NCBI GenBank assembly: GCA_964016885.1
Contig: OZ024743.1
Span: 33,852,001-33,916,000 of the forward strand
Source of the DNA: Eledone cirrhosa
Taxonomy: Eukaryota
Reading direction: 5' to 3'
Length of the DNA: 64,000 nt
Made by a program: the position numbers and the translations under genes. A model generated the notes under the pieces. That model worked only from the letters and a program-made list of their open reading frames with translations, did not search any database and had not been told where the DNA came from. Positions 1 through 14,400 of the stretch are shown piece after piece (position 1 is the stretch's first letter; each line of letters begins with the position of its first letter).

Positions 1-234
1 AAATTAGGCAGCTTCTGTCTGTGTTAGGGTGGCCAAAAATGTTGAACCACAAGTAGCAGTCATAGGTGACCATAGTGTGTTTGTGTTAGATGAAGGAGAG
101 GGAAGGAATTGCCAGGGTCTGTCATGCCATATATACTTTTAGATGACGTCATGGCTATTTTTGTCAGTGTCGTCATAGTTATTTTAGTCTGCATTTTCAT
201 ACCAGCCAATTTAACCCAGGGATAATTTTGCTGC

Positions 235-275
<41 letters not shown>

Positions 276-979
276 TATATGCAACCCCCCCCCCCCCCTC
301 CCTATACACATACATTTTCCTCATTCATTGCATTTTTTTCCTATTCAAATTTTATTGCTGTCTAGGTAGGAAACACAAAAGCTATATTTTCAATATAATG
401 AATAAGATAGATGATGTCTTTTTTTTTAAAATATCAATGTCATTATAATTATAGAACTCACATTATTCAATATATATGCTTTTAGAACTGCTATTATTTA
501 ACTAGAACATATAAATCAACACCTTATTGAAACCACCCAAACCTAGAACTAAAACTGATACATTCTAGAATAAATGAAAATTAGAACAGACATTTGAGCT
601 AGTAATAAATGTTTTAAAGCCTGCGTCTTACAGATCCATAAGCTAACAGCAGTAGTATTCACAGTGTGATTGTAGGAATTCATATCTTTTCTTAGTGTTC
701 TTACCACACACATTATAAATATGTATGTATTTATGTATCTGAATATGTACATCAAGCGATTACATGCTATATATTTTTAAAAAATAGATCTCTTTAGAGA
801 TTTACCATCATGCATGCACAGTAATATGCAAATGCATAGCTGGACTGTTTTTGATCAATGTCATTTCAGCCACGACCACCCTTTCCTTTTAAACATGTGT
901 CTTGGATAACATTATTCAACAAATCTTTAAGAGTGTGGTTACTGCTATTTCTAGCAGGTTCAGCGATTATGTAGAAAAT

Positions 980-1200
980 GAAAAGAAAATGTATTATGCT
1001 CCGATACTATGGGCATGTGGTTAGAATGTCTCAGAAAAGAATTGCTGGACAGATTTTACGAGCAAAACCAACCGGCAGGGGACAAAGGTTTAGATCCCAA
1101 GCAAAATGGTTGGGGATCCAACCAGATCAGCTGGTAGGAGTGTTTAAAGACACTTCCCCCACGGCCTTCTTAAGAATAAGTGGGTGAAGAAGGGGAAGAC
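980..1200 (+). mobile_element. Degenerate 3' fragment of an Expander/Rex3-like RTE LINE
   Basis: ORF 978-1187 LRYYGHVVRM...RAKPTGRGQR resembles the RTE C-terminal LRWxGHxxRM...GRP motif. Confidence 0.55.
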
Positions 1201-2109
1201 AATTAAGAAATGTTCTAAATCTGGTGCATGCATGTACTTGATGGAAATAAATCCTCCATTCAATTTCTGTTGTGATAATGGACAGGTGCTATAACCACCC
1301 CCTCCTGAGATTATTGAACTGTTAAATTAAACTACTGACAAGTGTATCTAATTTAGATATAATATTAGGGCTTATAGCTCATACTTCAGCTATCACACTC
1401 AACAACTGGTACTAATTAAATGTATTGTAATTAATTAGACAATAGATGGTGAAGTCTTCCATCGATTACCCTTATATTGAATTGCCTCCACATAAGAACC
1501 ATGACCATTGGCAGTTTCCATTGCTATTTCCATCTAAACTCACACACACTTATATAAGATAAAGGGCCTTTAATTCATGATTGTGTCATATATGAAGCCT
1601 TAATGGAACAAAGGATGGTAGCATGAGAAACAAAAATTATGGTTTTGCTGCATGTAGTTTGAACTATAATGTTAAAAACACAATAAAAACCAAGAACTTA
1701 GTATTGTTTTATGCTAGGGGTGAAGTGTTCTAATATTGTTATATACCACCATCTCCTCAAGGAAGAATTTAGCCAGTTTATCAGTGTCTCTATAAATTAG
1801 TTTTTCCAAAATTCAGTGTCTCTCAGTGGGTGTCTACCATATTGATTTCTTGGGATAACAGAAATATAACATTCTTTGCAGTAGGCAGGTTGATGTTGAG
1901 AATATTATTGACAGAAAAGTAAGGAAAATAAAGGATAGAACATTTAAATCCTGATGGAATTGTAGAGATACCATCCTGATACAAGACATATCTAGGGCAT
2001 TTTAAACTTGGCTGAGCCTATCCTTCTCCAGGTGAGAATATAGCCACTTCCAGTGAAGGAGAAAGATAGTGAGAGAAAATCATAAAGAGAGATAAAGAAA
2101 AAACAGACC

Positions 2110-2250
2110 ATAGTACTGGATTGGCACTTCATTTACCAATCTTGAATGAATGAAAGGCAAAGTTGATTTTGATGGGATTTTAACTGAGGGTGCAATGAGC
2201 CAGAACAAATTGATTCCAATGTCCTACCATTTCTGACAATTCACCATTCT
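2110..2250 (-). mobile_element. Degenerate tRNA-derived SINE (family A)
   Basis: tgaaaggcaaagttgattttgatgggattttaact is the reverse complement of the family A core seen at 40033-40215. Confidence 0.55.
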
Positions 2251-2968
2251 GAAATGAGTCAAGTAGAAATATTAATACCAAACCATACTTGTCACAGACT
2301 AAGTATAAACTCAAAATCTCCTCATTACTAGTTTACTATATATTTGTTGGTTGCTTAAATTTGGTCATCTAACATTAATTCTTTCATTTTTCTAGATATT
2401 AATACTTATTTAGATCTTCACTGCAATTTCACTTTTGCTGTAGAGATTAGATTAGTATCACAAATCTCAATATATTTTCCTTTTGCTGTTTCAGAGCAAC
2501 AGCAGCTTATATTTTAGACAGTTATATTTTATTGTTTCATAAACTACAAAGTTCGAAACAGACTTTCCAATAAAAGTTTACTTAATCAACTGGATGAGAT
2601 CAGGCTTCAATTGTCTTTCATGTCTTCATTAGAATAATGGTTTCATGCAGCTGGGGATTTCTTTTTTTTTTCTTTTCTCCAATCTTGCTGTCAAATCTAT
2701 ATTTTATTCATAATCAGCTTGGTTGATTTCTGCTTTGGGATTATATCCCTGCTGTGATTTAGCTTTATTGCCAGATATTTGTTCTACACATTTGAAATTA
2801 GCATGTTTATAGTGTACATATTCCTTAGGGCAAAGCCCTACCATTGGGCCTGAGGTATTCTTGATTATTATCGTTGTTGTTACTATTATCTATGCTGTAT
2901 AAGATAGTAACCAACTAAATGTATTGACCTTGACACAGTTAAAATAATGAAACAGAAAATTATAATGT

Positions 2969-3173
2969 TTAACCCTTTAACATTTACATTACTCTATATT
3001 TACTATTGTAATCTTGTGGTAAAGGCTTTACCTGACATAATTATCTCACATAATATCAAAATTACGAGAACAATACCTTAATGTCAGTATCAGTGGCCAT
3101 TTACAGCCAGTTTGAACAGAAAGAGGGGAGATAATTCTGGCCGGATATGACCATTTAAATGCTAAAGGGTTAA
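2969..3173 (+). mobile_element. piggyBac-type MITE family 1
   Basis: TTAA-CCCTTTAACATTTA...TAAATGCTAAAGGG-TTAA terminal inverted repeats with TTAA target duplication; 8 copies in the window. Confidence 0.85.
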
Positions 3174-5171
3174 CCCTGGCTTTTTTTAGTTGAGTTTAGT
3201 TGGTGCCATGATCACCAGTAAATGTTATAGTGGTTTATGTCCCATCTTGAATACTGGCTTTGTCAGTTGCTTAATACAGATACACTGTTGAGAAGCAATG
3301 TTTTCAGTGCTAGTTATTATAGTAGTTTCTAATATTATCATCATGATCATCAAATCTTTATTGAATATTTAGAACTTCTTGAACTAAACCTCTTGTCAGA
3401 TTTTCATTTCGTATATTGACATAATTTCTGTCATGGAATTCTCTTGGGAAGACTGTCAGAATCAATAGATAAAAATGTTTCAAATATAATAATGGTCAAG
3501 TATTGAGAACATTAAATAAAACAAAAAAAAATGTACATTTTCTCTCAAATCAGTGGAGAATTTAGCTTATTTGAATATTGTACTGAAAGTATTAAATAAT
3601 GGTTTTATATTAAGAAGAAAAAAAAACTATGCCCTAGGCTTTGATTTTACTGACATATCTACAGTAAATAATTACATTCTCTATCTTGTATTTGTAAAAA
3701 AACAAAAACAAAAAAAAGGTAATATTTTAGAACTATGGGAGCTATCCATTTCAACTGTTTTGTTGTAATTTTAAGGTATGACCCTATCAATTGACTATAT
3801 TTTATTTTACATTATTCTTTAGATATTTTTTTAACCTTTAACCTGCTGAATTGTTTTATGAATTGCTTCCCTTGGCACTACATTATGTATTAAGGAGAGA
3901 TTGCTCTATTAGTGACATAAGGTGCCTAGAGCATGCTGAAGGTTAAATGTTATTTCATAACATGTCTTAAAATAACTGCCAACTGTCACTTTAAAGAATA
4001 CAGAGGTATATGACATAGGCTGCTACAGAAGAGGCTGTTATCTACATAATGTAATTATGGAGTGTAGGACTTGGCATTTAATGTAAAGCTGAGAAACAGT
4101 TGATTGAAAGACTAAGGTTTTAGAAAGTTAATGTACACAAAGTAGAGGACAAGAATTGAGAACTACTTCTATGATACATATGCTGTAAGAAAACAAAGGT
4201 ATACACATGATAGATTATTTCTGACTTCTTACAGCTTTAAGTATCACTAAAGTAGTCTGTATTTTTTAAATAAATAAAAGAACTAGATAATGATTAAAGT
4301 AACAATATCAAAGTAGAATTCATACATACATCCATACCTATATTCAATCACAACATGCATACAAAAATACATACATACACGTTCCACACACATACACATA
4401 CACACACATACATACATACATACATTCATATGCATATACCTTCTTAACTTGCATATTTTTCCTACTTTATTTAATTTTAATATTCCTTACCAGAAATGTA
4501 ATATTTGAATCAGAGTGTCTGTAGTTTCTAACAATAAAGGAACTGTATTATTATTATTTTTTTAATTCTTTTACTGGGTTCAATCTTTGGATTGTGGTCA
4601 TACTTTACTTTAAAAACAAATACCAAGGAATATTTTGAAAAATATAATCGCTATACATATCCAAAAATAGTTCAAATAATACTTGTTCCTATGTTAAAAA
4701 TATTTATGTTGTATTTTTAATCAAACATCAAAGAAAACCAACCTTGCAAATACAGACACACACGTATTAGGTGTATTTGAATGTGTGTGTGTGTGTGGTG
4801 TATTTGTGTAGCCATACACTTAATGTACATTAAGGAGTGCAAGGGGGAGATATAGAGATTGAAAGTTTATGTTTGTAATATTTTTATGTTCATAGCATAT
4901 TTTACCTTTGATGTAAGAAAACAGTGTGGGTGCAAATATACTTTTTAATATGAACGATATGTCCTTTTTATACTCATAAATATGCAATAACACTAATGTT
5001 ATGTATGTGTAGGGGAAAAGTATGAATATATTTTATTGATAACAATATACAACAAAATATAAAAACCTGAAGTCGAATAATTTAGAATTAATGTTAATTA
5101 ATTTCTTTATACATTTCTAAGTCTGTGATATATCCTTATATATCATTAGTGAAAGCAAGTTTATAAGAATA

Positions 5172-5880
5172 TAATAATGAAATTATTGTGTACAGTGCTC
5201 AGGTGCACCACAACTCATCAAAGGTGCATGTATAGTACATAGAATAAGGTACAAATGTCAGGAAAGTGAACAGTGTATGAGTCATGATATACATGTGTAC
5301 ATGTGTATGGAGGAGGGGTATCAGGTGTAGTGTTGGTGAATTTCAGGAAGCATGGAGGTTTTAAAGGATGCAGTGTCTCAGCAGCTAACAACTGATGCAG
5401 GTAGTTTGTTCCATGCTTCAGCAACTCTGAGTGTGAAAAATGTTTCCGAAAGTCATGGGAGCTGTACTGTTTTTTTACTTTGTTGGCATGCCCACGGGTG
5501 TTAGACACATGGAATTCAAAAAGGTGCTCAGGGTTGTTGTTGGCAAGATGGTTAATAATTTTGTGGGTGTTTACCAAATCAGTTGCAAGACCTCGGAGCT
5601 TCATTGTATCCATGCCCAGGGAAGCATGGCGTTCAGAGTATGACAGATGCCCAATGGAGGGTATTCACTTGGTTGCATGTCTCTGAACAGTTTCCAGGAG
5701 GTCAATGTTCTGAGCAAGATGGGGGTTCCAGACTGGTGATGCAAATTTTAAGTGTGGCCAGACCATAGCTATATACAGCTTTAAATAGATAGCTGGAGAG
5801 TGGCAACAAAACTTTTGTTGAGTGAGGCCAAGACACCCTTGGCCTTCTTGACAATTTTAGAGATGTGCTTCGTCCAATGA
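5172..5880 (-). mobile_element. CR1-like LINE 3' fragment
   Basis: Minus-strand translation gives VWPHLKFASPVWNPH, ETVQR, DLVNTHKII and NTRGH...FRKHF, typical of the CR1/L2 ORF2 C-terminus; short (TTA)n-like tail at the left end. Confidence 0.75.
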
Positions 5881-6504
5881 TTTAATTGACTCCTCCCCCC
5901 AAATGTAGAAATAATTACACTACATACATGAAACGCTGCTGTATTTATATTTAGTATGTTGAATGCTTACCTGTGATAAATTTCTTGGGCCATATTATCA
6001 TATCTAACCTTGATTCGAACAATACAGACAATCAAATTCTTTAATGCAAACCAATATTAACAAAACTTTGAAAATAGCTAGCTATGCTATATATCTATGA
6101 GTTAGGTTATTGGAATGTTTCAAACCAAATTTGATTTTCTAATTCATAAGGATTATTGAGTTTCAAAACTATGTGAAAGTTTCAGAAATTTAATAACTAT
6201 AACCACAGAATGTATTTCCTGAAACTTAGAATATCATAAATAAGAAATTAGTGAATAAATTAGAGCTACAAAGGATATAGAAAATGAGTTGATGCAGAAA
6301 TTTGCCTTCTTTGCTTAATATTTGTTTCATCATATATCAGCCTTTTTCTTGCTTATCAAGTATTGGCATTTTAAAAACTAGTTACTTTCTTTCTGGGATC
6401 AGATTATTAGAGACAGGAAAGTATTATCTTTGTTAACTCCCTCTATCTTACACACACACACACATGCACACATGCACACACACAGGTCTTAAGTAGGAAA
6501 GATG

Positions 6505-7280
6505 ACAAGAGGCCGATACCATCAAGAAAATGGCATTGTTCAATTTGTCAGAAAGGGGTAGGCAGAAAATTTATAAGATGCACACAGTGTAATCTATGGA
6601 CATATAAGAAATGTAGTGGAATTTCAGACAGGCTAATGGAAAATATGGACTTTGTAAGTGGCAGATGCAAAGGAGAAGTAAACACTAAGAACACATGTAA
6701 AATAGATTCTTTCTGTTGCCTGGCAGACTCTTTGAAATTGTTGAATGCATTTGTTACCTAGACTATCTAATTAGCAGTGGGGTGGAGATGCATTGAAACT
6801 GTGATAGCTAGGATAAGAACAGGCTGGAATAAGTTTAGAGGGCTGGTACCTTTGCTGACAACAAAGGGCTTCTCTCAGAGTGAAGGATAGACTGTATGAT
6901 GCCTGCATGTGAAATGCAATGCTTTATGGCAGTAAAACATAGGCTTTGACTGCAGAAGACCTGAAAAGGCTGGAAGAAATGCAGTATGCTCTGATGTGTA
7001 ATGTTAGTGTATCTAAATGATGTTGCATAAGTGAACTGAGAGAAAAACTCAGCAGAAGAGGAATTGGGTGTTATGTGCAAGAGAGATTGTGTTGGTATCG
7101 ACATGTGTTGCATATGGAAGATAGCAGCTTCATAAAGAAATGCAGAGAAACCCCAGTGGGTGGGACTTGTGGAAGAGGCAGATCTAGTATCATTTGGGAT
7201 GAGGCATTGAAGACTAACCTTAGAGATGACAAAGGGTTGTGAAAGATGGGGCTGTGCTGCGCTGATGAAGCCATACAATG
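6505..7280 (+). mobile_element. Old degenerate RTE LINE fragment (PHD region to C-terminus)
   Basis: Decayed homology to the RTE copies: aagggcttctctc...ctgtatgatgcctgc, tggtatcgacatgtgttgcatatgg. Confidence 0.75.
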
Positions 7281-8268
7281 TGAACTAACGCATCCTTGTG
7301 TACCCTACATCCACTAGCACTTCCCTGTAGCTATCCTCACCACCATTAGTTACCCACCTCTAAAGCTCTTAGATACCTTCACAATGACACCCTTGTAACT
7401 GCTCTCTTCATTCCTGTGAACCTACTCCACTCTTAGTTATTTTCTCCATCATTAATTACAACCCCCTACTTTTGACCACACATTCCACACACCCCACCAC
7501 TATGCTCTCAGTCAATCCTTCCCCCTACTCATCAGCCTGTGGAATCACCACACTGGCTATACACCCATCTTCCTTCTCCTCTTCTCCCCCCCCCCCTCTT
7601 CCCAGCAGTGAGAAAATGGGATGTGTGTATGTTTATGTGTATGTATGTCTGTAGAGATTGTGAGTTCAATTCCTCTGCTGGGCGATGTGTTATGTCTTTC
7701 AGCAAGAAACTTTATATCACATTGCTCCTTCTACCTTCAGTTGCAACCGATAGATAGTATTGGCAATTGGAAAGACCAATGGAAACATTGTTTCCTCGGT
7801 CCAATTAGATGAAAGTCAATCAACTCTCTCTCTCTATCTATACATATATATAGTCTGCAGTGCAAAGACCAGGACGACTACAAATAAGTGTAATATTCTA
7901 TGCATGATGCAATGCAGAGTGGGTATGTCAAGAAGTTAAATCCTGGGCACAAACCTTTTTGTTCTCTTAATTTTTCTCAAGTGTCTGTGTATATATATGT
8001 TTATGTATTACAATCATTGCTATAACTATTTTAGCATAGCTATGCAGCTTCTTTGCAATCATTGTTGTTTTGCACCCATATCATTATTATGTTCAGCTTC
8101 GAAGTAAGTATTACTGTGCACTTGATTTCAAAGCTTAATTATGAAATATCTATATAATCAATGCAATGTCTCATCTGTACAAGCAATATATTATCTTCAA
8201 TTTCCATTAGTCAAACCAGCTTACCAACTATGAATGCATATACCTAACTACTTCATATTTTCTTACAG

Positions 8269-8427
8269 ACAATATTGGTTGGAGTGGACGAAAAGTCAAC
8301 AGTTCAAGATCTCCTGGAATTTGTATGCTCTAAACGAGGTCTTAGTACAGCAGATCATTTTGTGCGGTTACAAGTATCTCAGGGCAATTACAGCATCCCA
8401 CATAGATGTGAACTAATAAAAAAGCTG
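8269..8427 (+). CDS. sif: sif/TIAM exon: Ras-binding (RBD)-like domain
   Basis: tcttacag|ACA...AAGCTG|gtaagc; [35 protein letters not shown]; phase 0-0. Confidence 0.85.
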
Positions 8428-11400
8428 GTAAGCCCCTTAACAATTATAATTATTTTTCATTTGGAAATTTCGAAACAAGAATGAAAATAATTATGTTAAT
8501 GCTAATATAAAGAATTGTATGCTCATGCACGAGATGATAAAATAGGGTGAAGACTCTTAAAGGCGGGAAAAGGAAGTTGTCATTGGTCCCTATGAAGAAT
8601 CAAACCCCATATCTCCCAGATATTTGCTAGAGGATATAAACCTTTAATGTTCTCTTATACTAATTGAAGTACAGGTACTTCTTGAGATATGAGCTATATG
8701 ACTTAGGACCTCTCGAACTATTTATATTTCCACATGCACATGCATTTTCTCTTGTCTATTATGCTTCATCAGTTATATTCAAATATTCCTATGTCAAAAC
8801 ATGCATACAGGTGGTGAATTGGCAGAATCTTTAGGGCATCAGATTAAAAATACCTCAGTATTTGTTCTGGCTTACTGGGCTCTGTGTTCAAATTTCACTG
8901 AGGTCAACTTTGCCTTTCATCCTTATGGGGAGTGTACTTGATTCTCTCTTTCTCTTGGTTTAAGAATGCCTAAGCCATGCCATGTTACATCCATATTGAC
9001 TTATGACTGGTTAGGTGGAATGGAATCAGGTTGTAAGTCAGGGAATACCTGTTGTTAGATTCCTTTTAACTAGAAGATATTTGGAATTACTTGTGTTATA
9101 TTTATGATAGCAATATCTGTATATTTTCTTCTCATCTTCCTTTAACCCTTTAGCATTTACATTACTCTATATTTACTATTGTATTTTCACAGTAAAGGCT
9201 TTATCTCACAAAATTATCTCACATAATATCGAAACTGAGATTTTGATGTTATTTATTTTGAGAACAATATCTTATCATTGGTATGAATGGCCAGTTTGAA
9301 CAGAAAGAGGTAAAAGAATTCTAGCTGGATATGACCGGTTTAAATGCTAAATGGTTAACAACACAACTAAGGTATAAAAATGACCATTCAAATGGGTGGT
9401 GTCAGCTATTTCATTTTAACATACAAACCATATAAAGCAAGTTAATACGTGGAACAACTATTTTCTGAAGTTTTTCAACATATGAAAGTTCATAATTGTA
9501 AACATTTGTTCTGGGGTTATATCAGTTATGGGTTTTTTTTTAAATCCCATGTTTAAAATTGTTTGGAAGACAAGTGGGGAGGACTAATATAACCCTTTCA
9601 TTCCCAAATTTCTAATAAAAGACATTATGTATGATTTACCTGTGATTTCAAAATTAATCAAGAATTTGAAGGATTTTAGTAATATAGCTAAATTTCTCAT
9701 TATTAAGCTGATGTTTGAAGCATAACTTAAAGCTTCCTACATGCAATAATGATGTAAGGTTTCAGATAAATATAAACACTTCAAAATAAGCAGCTTAGTA
9801 TCATAGAAACAGGTGTGATTTCAGGAAATCTAATAAAAAAAAATTCAAATATCAACAATGTCAAGTTACCTGTCTTTATCTCATATAGAACTTTCTTGGG
9901 GTCGGTTTTCTTTATGGGTCAGTTAACTGGCGTGGGATGTGAGACATACATTATTCTCATGCTACATTGTATTCACTAACGTTCAATACACTAACATATT
10001 TAGCACTTCAGCATTTACATTATTCTATATTTACTATTATATTTTCACAGTAAACACTGTACCTCACATAATAATACTAATGAAATTATTGTGTACAGTG
10101 CACTACAACTAATCAAAGGTGCATATATAGTTCATAGAATAATATACAAATGTCAGAGAAGTGAATATACATGTGTGCGTGTGTATGGAGGGGGAATATT
10201 AGGTGTAGTGTTGGTGAATCTCAGGAAGCATGGAGATACTCCATTGATATTATTTATTTTGAGAACAATACTTTAACATAAGCTGGTTTGAACAGAAAGA
10301 GGTGAGAGAATTTTTGGCCGGGTATGGCTGGTTTAAATGCTAAAGGGTTAATTCTCTTTTTCAATGGTATAAGGTTTTTTTTTTTATCACAAAAGGTTAA
10401 GTTTTACGCTCCAACCTTTTGTAATAATTCTATTCATGTATGTATATGTTTCAATTTTTAACTGATGCTCTTGGTATTGTTATTTATATTCTAATCACTT
10501 TGTTTATATTGGTTCTGTTCTACAATTCATTTTGTTCCTGTTTGTGTGTATCCCTTCAGAAATATGAAGCCATTGAAGTCTGCCAGAAAAGTTTGTTTCA
10601 CATTGAACTAACAAAGTCAGTGGCAGATCCTGAATTTGGCTTCCGAGTGGAGGCAGAATTATCAGATCACTATGATAAGGATGATGAATTACAAGTTTAT
10701 GTATGTGAGATCAAGCCGGGAGGTTTAGCTCATCGAAAAGGTGATTAAATTTTCTTATTTTATAACTTATACTTACGTATATATATATATATATTATATA
10801 TGTTGTGCTGGTATTTTCTTTTTGTTCAAACAACACCTCGTGGACGAGAATGCAAGCACTCCTTTTCTGTGGCTAACATAATTTATGTGGGCAGATAAGA
10901 TAATAGACGTAAATAGAGTGAACGACAGAATAATTAAAATAAGACTTGTCCTCAATAGAACTACGGTGACAGTAATATCTGCGTACGCACCCCAATCCGG
11001 ACAGCCCGGCACTATAAAAGACAGATTCTATGAGACACTGATGCTCACTACCTCCCAAATAACCAACAGTGACTATATAATTATTGCAGGCGACCTAAAT
11101 GTCACGTTGGACAACATTGTGACGGCTACGACGGAATCCATGGAGGCTATGGGTTTGGTACTAGAAATGAGGAAGGCTCCAGAATCCTGGAATTCTGTGA
11201 CGCAAATAACCTAACTATCTGTAACACTAACTTAAAAAAACGAGACAATCACCTGATCACCTATAGATCGGGGGAACACACAAGCCAGGTAGATTATATC
11301 CTTACCAGAAGACGTGACAGAGTGTCTGTGGTAAACACTAAATCCCTCCCTCATGAAGAATGCACCTCCCAACATAGACTGATAATTAGCGACCTCATAG

Positions 11401-14400
11401 TCAGGACGAGACGTACTCGACAGCAGAAGAGGACTATCCTCAGGAGAAAAATATGGAAGCTAAAGGACCCCACAGCCAGAAATAAATTTCAAAGCATATT
11501 ACTTGATGCTTTCGACAGTAAGGAAGAGCATTTAGAGTCGGACAATATAGAGGGACAGTGGGAATTCCTGAAAGCAAACCTGCTGATGGCGGCAGACAAA
11601 GTCTGTGGCTGGAGCAGACCTGTAGGCAGGAGGAGAGTAACATGGTGGTGGAACAGTAAGGTGGAGGGGTCAATTAAGGCCAAAAAGCAGGCTTGGAAAG
11701 TATGGCGGGATGGGGGAAGTAGAGAAGACTATCAAGTGGCCAGGAGGGAAGCTAGGAGACAAGTGTACTTCGCAAGAAGGGAAGCAGAGGAAAGAAAGTT
11801 CAAGCATGTTCTACAACGCAAGGACCAAAAACGTGAGGTGTTCAGGATTGCTAGGCAATGTGTCAAGGAAAACCGTGATATGTCGGGGAGAAGTGTGTAC
11901 TTAATGATGACGGCGTACTTGCCATCACCGACGCTGATAAGAAGGTAGCTTGGAAGTGTCACTATGAAAGGCTACTAAATGAGGAGAATAAATGGGAGAA
12001 AGACAGTCTCCCCCACATCGACCCAATAGAGGGACCAGCAGTGTTAGTCGAGGGTAGTATAATAAGTAAGGCAATCAAGGATATGAAGACGGGTAAGGCG
12101 GCTGGGCCTTCGGAAATAGTTGCTGAGATGCTGAAGGCATCTGGCACGGTGGGACACACATTGGTCACCCGGATAGTTAACCAAGTCGTACAGAATGGAG
12201 TTGTTCCGAAGGACTGGCATAGCAGCATCATCGTTAACTGTTATAAGGGTAAAGGAGATGCCCTAGATAGTAGTAACAATAGAGGCATTAAATTAATCGA
12301 CCAGGTCATGAAGGTCACGGAAAAAGTAATAGCGCAACTAATCAGAGAGAGAATTGACCTAGATGAAATGCAGTTCGGGTTTGTGTCAGGCAAAAGTACC
12401 ACAGACGCTCTTTTCATTGTACGACAACTACAGGAGAAGTACCTAGCTAAAAGTAAACCCCTCTACTTAGCTTTTGTCGACTTGGAGAAAGCCTTCGACA
12501 GAGTCCCCCGTTCCATTATCTGGTAGGCCCTTAGAAAACTAGGTGTCGACGAATGGCTTGTGAGAGCTATACAAGCCATGTATAAAGAAACAGTCAGTAA
12601 GGTTAGAATTAACAATGAATATAGTGAAGAGTTTAGCGTAAAAGTTGGCGTCCATCAGGGCTCTGTTCTTAGCCGCCTACTATTTATTATTGCCCTTCAG
12701 GCTATAACAGAGGAGTTCAAGACCGGCTACCCATGGGAACTCCTATACGCAGACGACCTAACACTCATAGCTGAATCAACGGCCGAGCTAGAGAATAAAT
12801 TCCAAACATGGAAGCACGGCCTAGAATCAAAAGGCCTTAAAATTAATCTGGCTAAGACCAAAGTTCTAGTTTGTAGGAAAGAAAATAAGGCGGCTGTCCC
12901 TTCCGCGAAGTGGCCATGCTCAGTGTGTAGGAAAGGCGTAGGTAGAAACTCCATTTTGTGTCAGAAATGCAAAGTATGGGTGCATAAAAGATGTAGTGGG
13001 ATCACAGGTAAGCTAACTAAGAACATAGATTTCACATGTGGCCGGTGCTCTGGTGCAATAAGTAGCAGCAAGTGCCCACAAAATACTAGCTCTTTCAACT
13101 ACGCAGAGGGCTCTATAGAAATAGTGGACAGCTTCCGTTACCTGGGTGACAAAATCAGCAGTGGGGGAGGGTGCTCTGAAAGTACAGTAGCTAGAGTCAG
13201 AACTGGATAGAAAAAGTTCAGAGAGCTTATACCACTATTAGCCGCTAAAGGGTTCTCCCTAAAAACGGAAGGCAGGTTGTATGATGCCTGCATACGAACA
13301 GCAATGTTGCATGGCAGTGAGACCTGGGCATTGTGTGCAGAGGATATACGCAGACTAGAGAGGAACGAAGCTTGCATGCTCCGCTGGATGTGTAATAGTA
13401 ATATACGTGAACGGCAAAGCATAAACGAACTAAGGAAAAAAAAATTAGAAATAAGAGTGATCAGATGTTGTTTACTCGAGAGAAGGCTACTTTGGTATGG
13501 ACACGTGATGCGCATGAAAGCCGATAGCTGTATAACAAAGTGCAGGGCAATAAAGATAGACGGTAGCCACGGAATAGGCAGACCCAGAAAAACCTGGGAC
13601 GAACTGATAAACTCCGACCTCACACACTTACACCTCTCCAAGACAATGTCACTGGACCGAGACCTTTGGCGGTACTCAGTAATAGAGAAGACTCGCCTTA
13701 CCTAAATACATAGTAAAACCTACTACAGTCAGTAGGCATCTCTAACAAAATACACCCCATCCCACCACCACCACCCCCACCCCATCCACACCGCCCCCTT
13801 CTATGTAAAGTTATGTTGGTGCCACACCATCCAGGCCGAAACAAATGAGATCGTGTAGGTGTCACGACAAAAAAACACACAGTCCACGCTGTAATGTGGC
13901 CGTGTAGGCAACACGGTAAAAACCTCCCAGACCCACACTGTAAATGTGGTTGGTGTTAGGAAGGGCATCCAACTGTAGAAAACCTGCCAGAAAGTCCTAT
14001 GCGAGCAAGACAATCACTCCATGCAAGCGTGGAACACGGACGTTAAACGTTGATGATGATGATGATGATGAACTAAGGGTTTGTTTTATGTAATGTTTTC
14101 ATGTCATTCTTTGCAACAAAATGATGTTAATAAAAGATAATTATCAATAAAACCTTGTAATTAGGTTCTTTAAAACAAAGGCAGGAGCATCTACTACGAA
14201 ACAACTTTTTTTAGACCAATTTCATTTAACTGTAGACATAAGCTCATGATTAAACATTGTATACTTCAGTACTTGTGGATAATTTAATGCAGAAAATTAC
14301 TGCTGTTGTAAATATCCAATAGATAAATAGATTTGTGTGTGTGTGTGATCATTTAACATCTATTTTTCACACTAGCATGGGTAGGATGGCCAGTCTCTTT

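Noticed and set aside
60-311. Short ORFs rich in [12 protein letters not shown] (also 47194-47376, 51356-51644, 58618-58872, 60587-60781)
   Set aside because: Translations of dinucleotide microsatellites.
2478-2530. Acceptor-like ttttgctgtttcag as a possible upstream sif exon
   Set aside because: No convincing donor or TIAM-like peptide follows; I could not support any exon in 1-8268.
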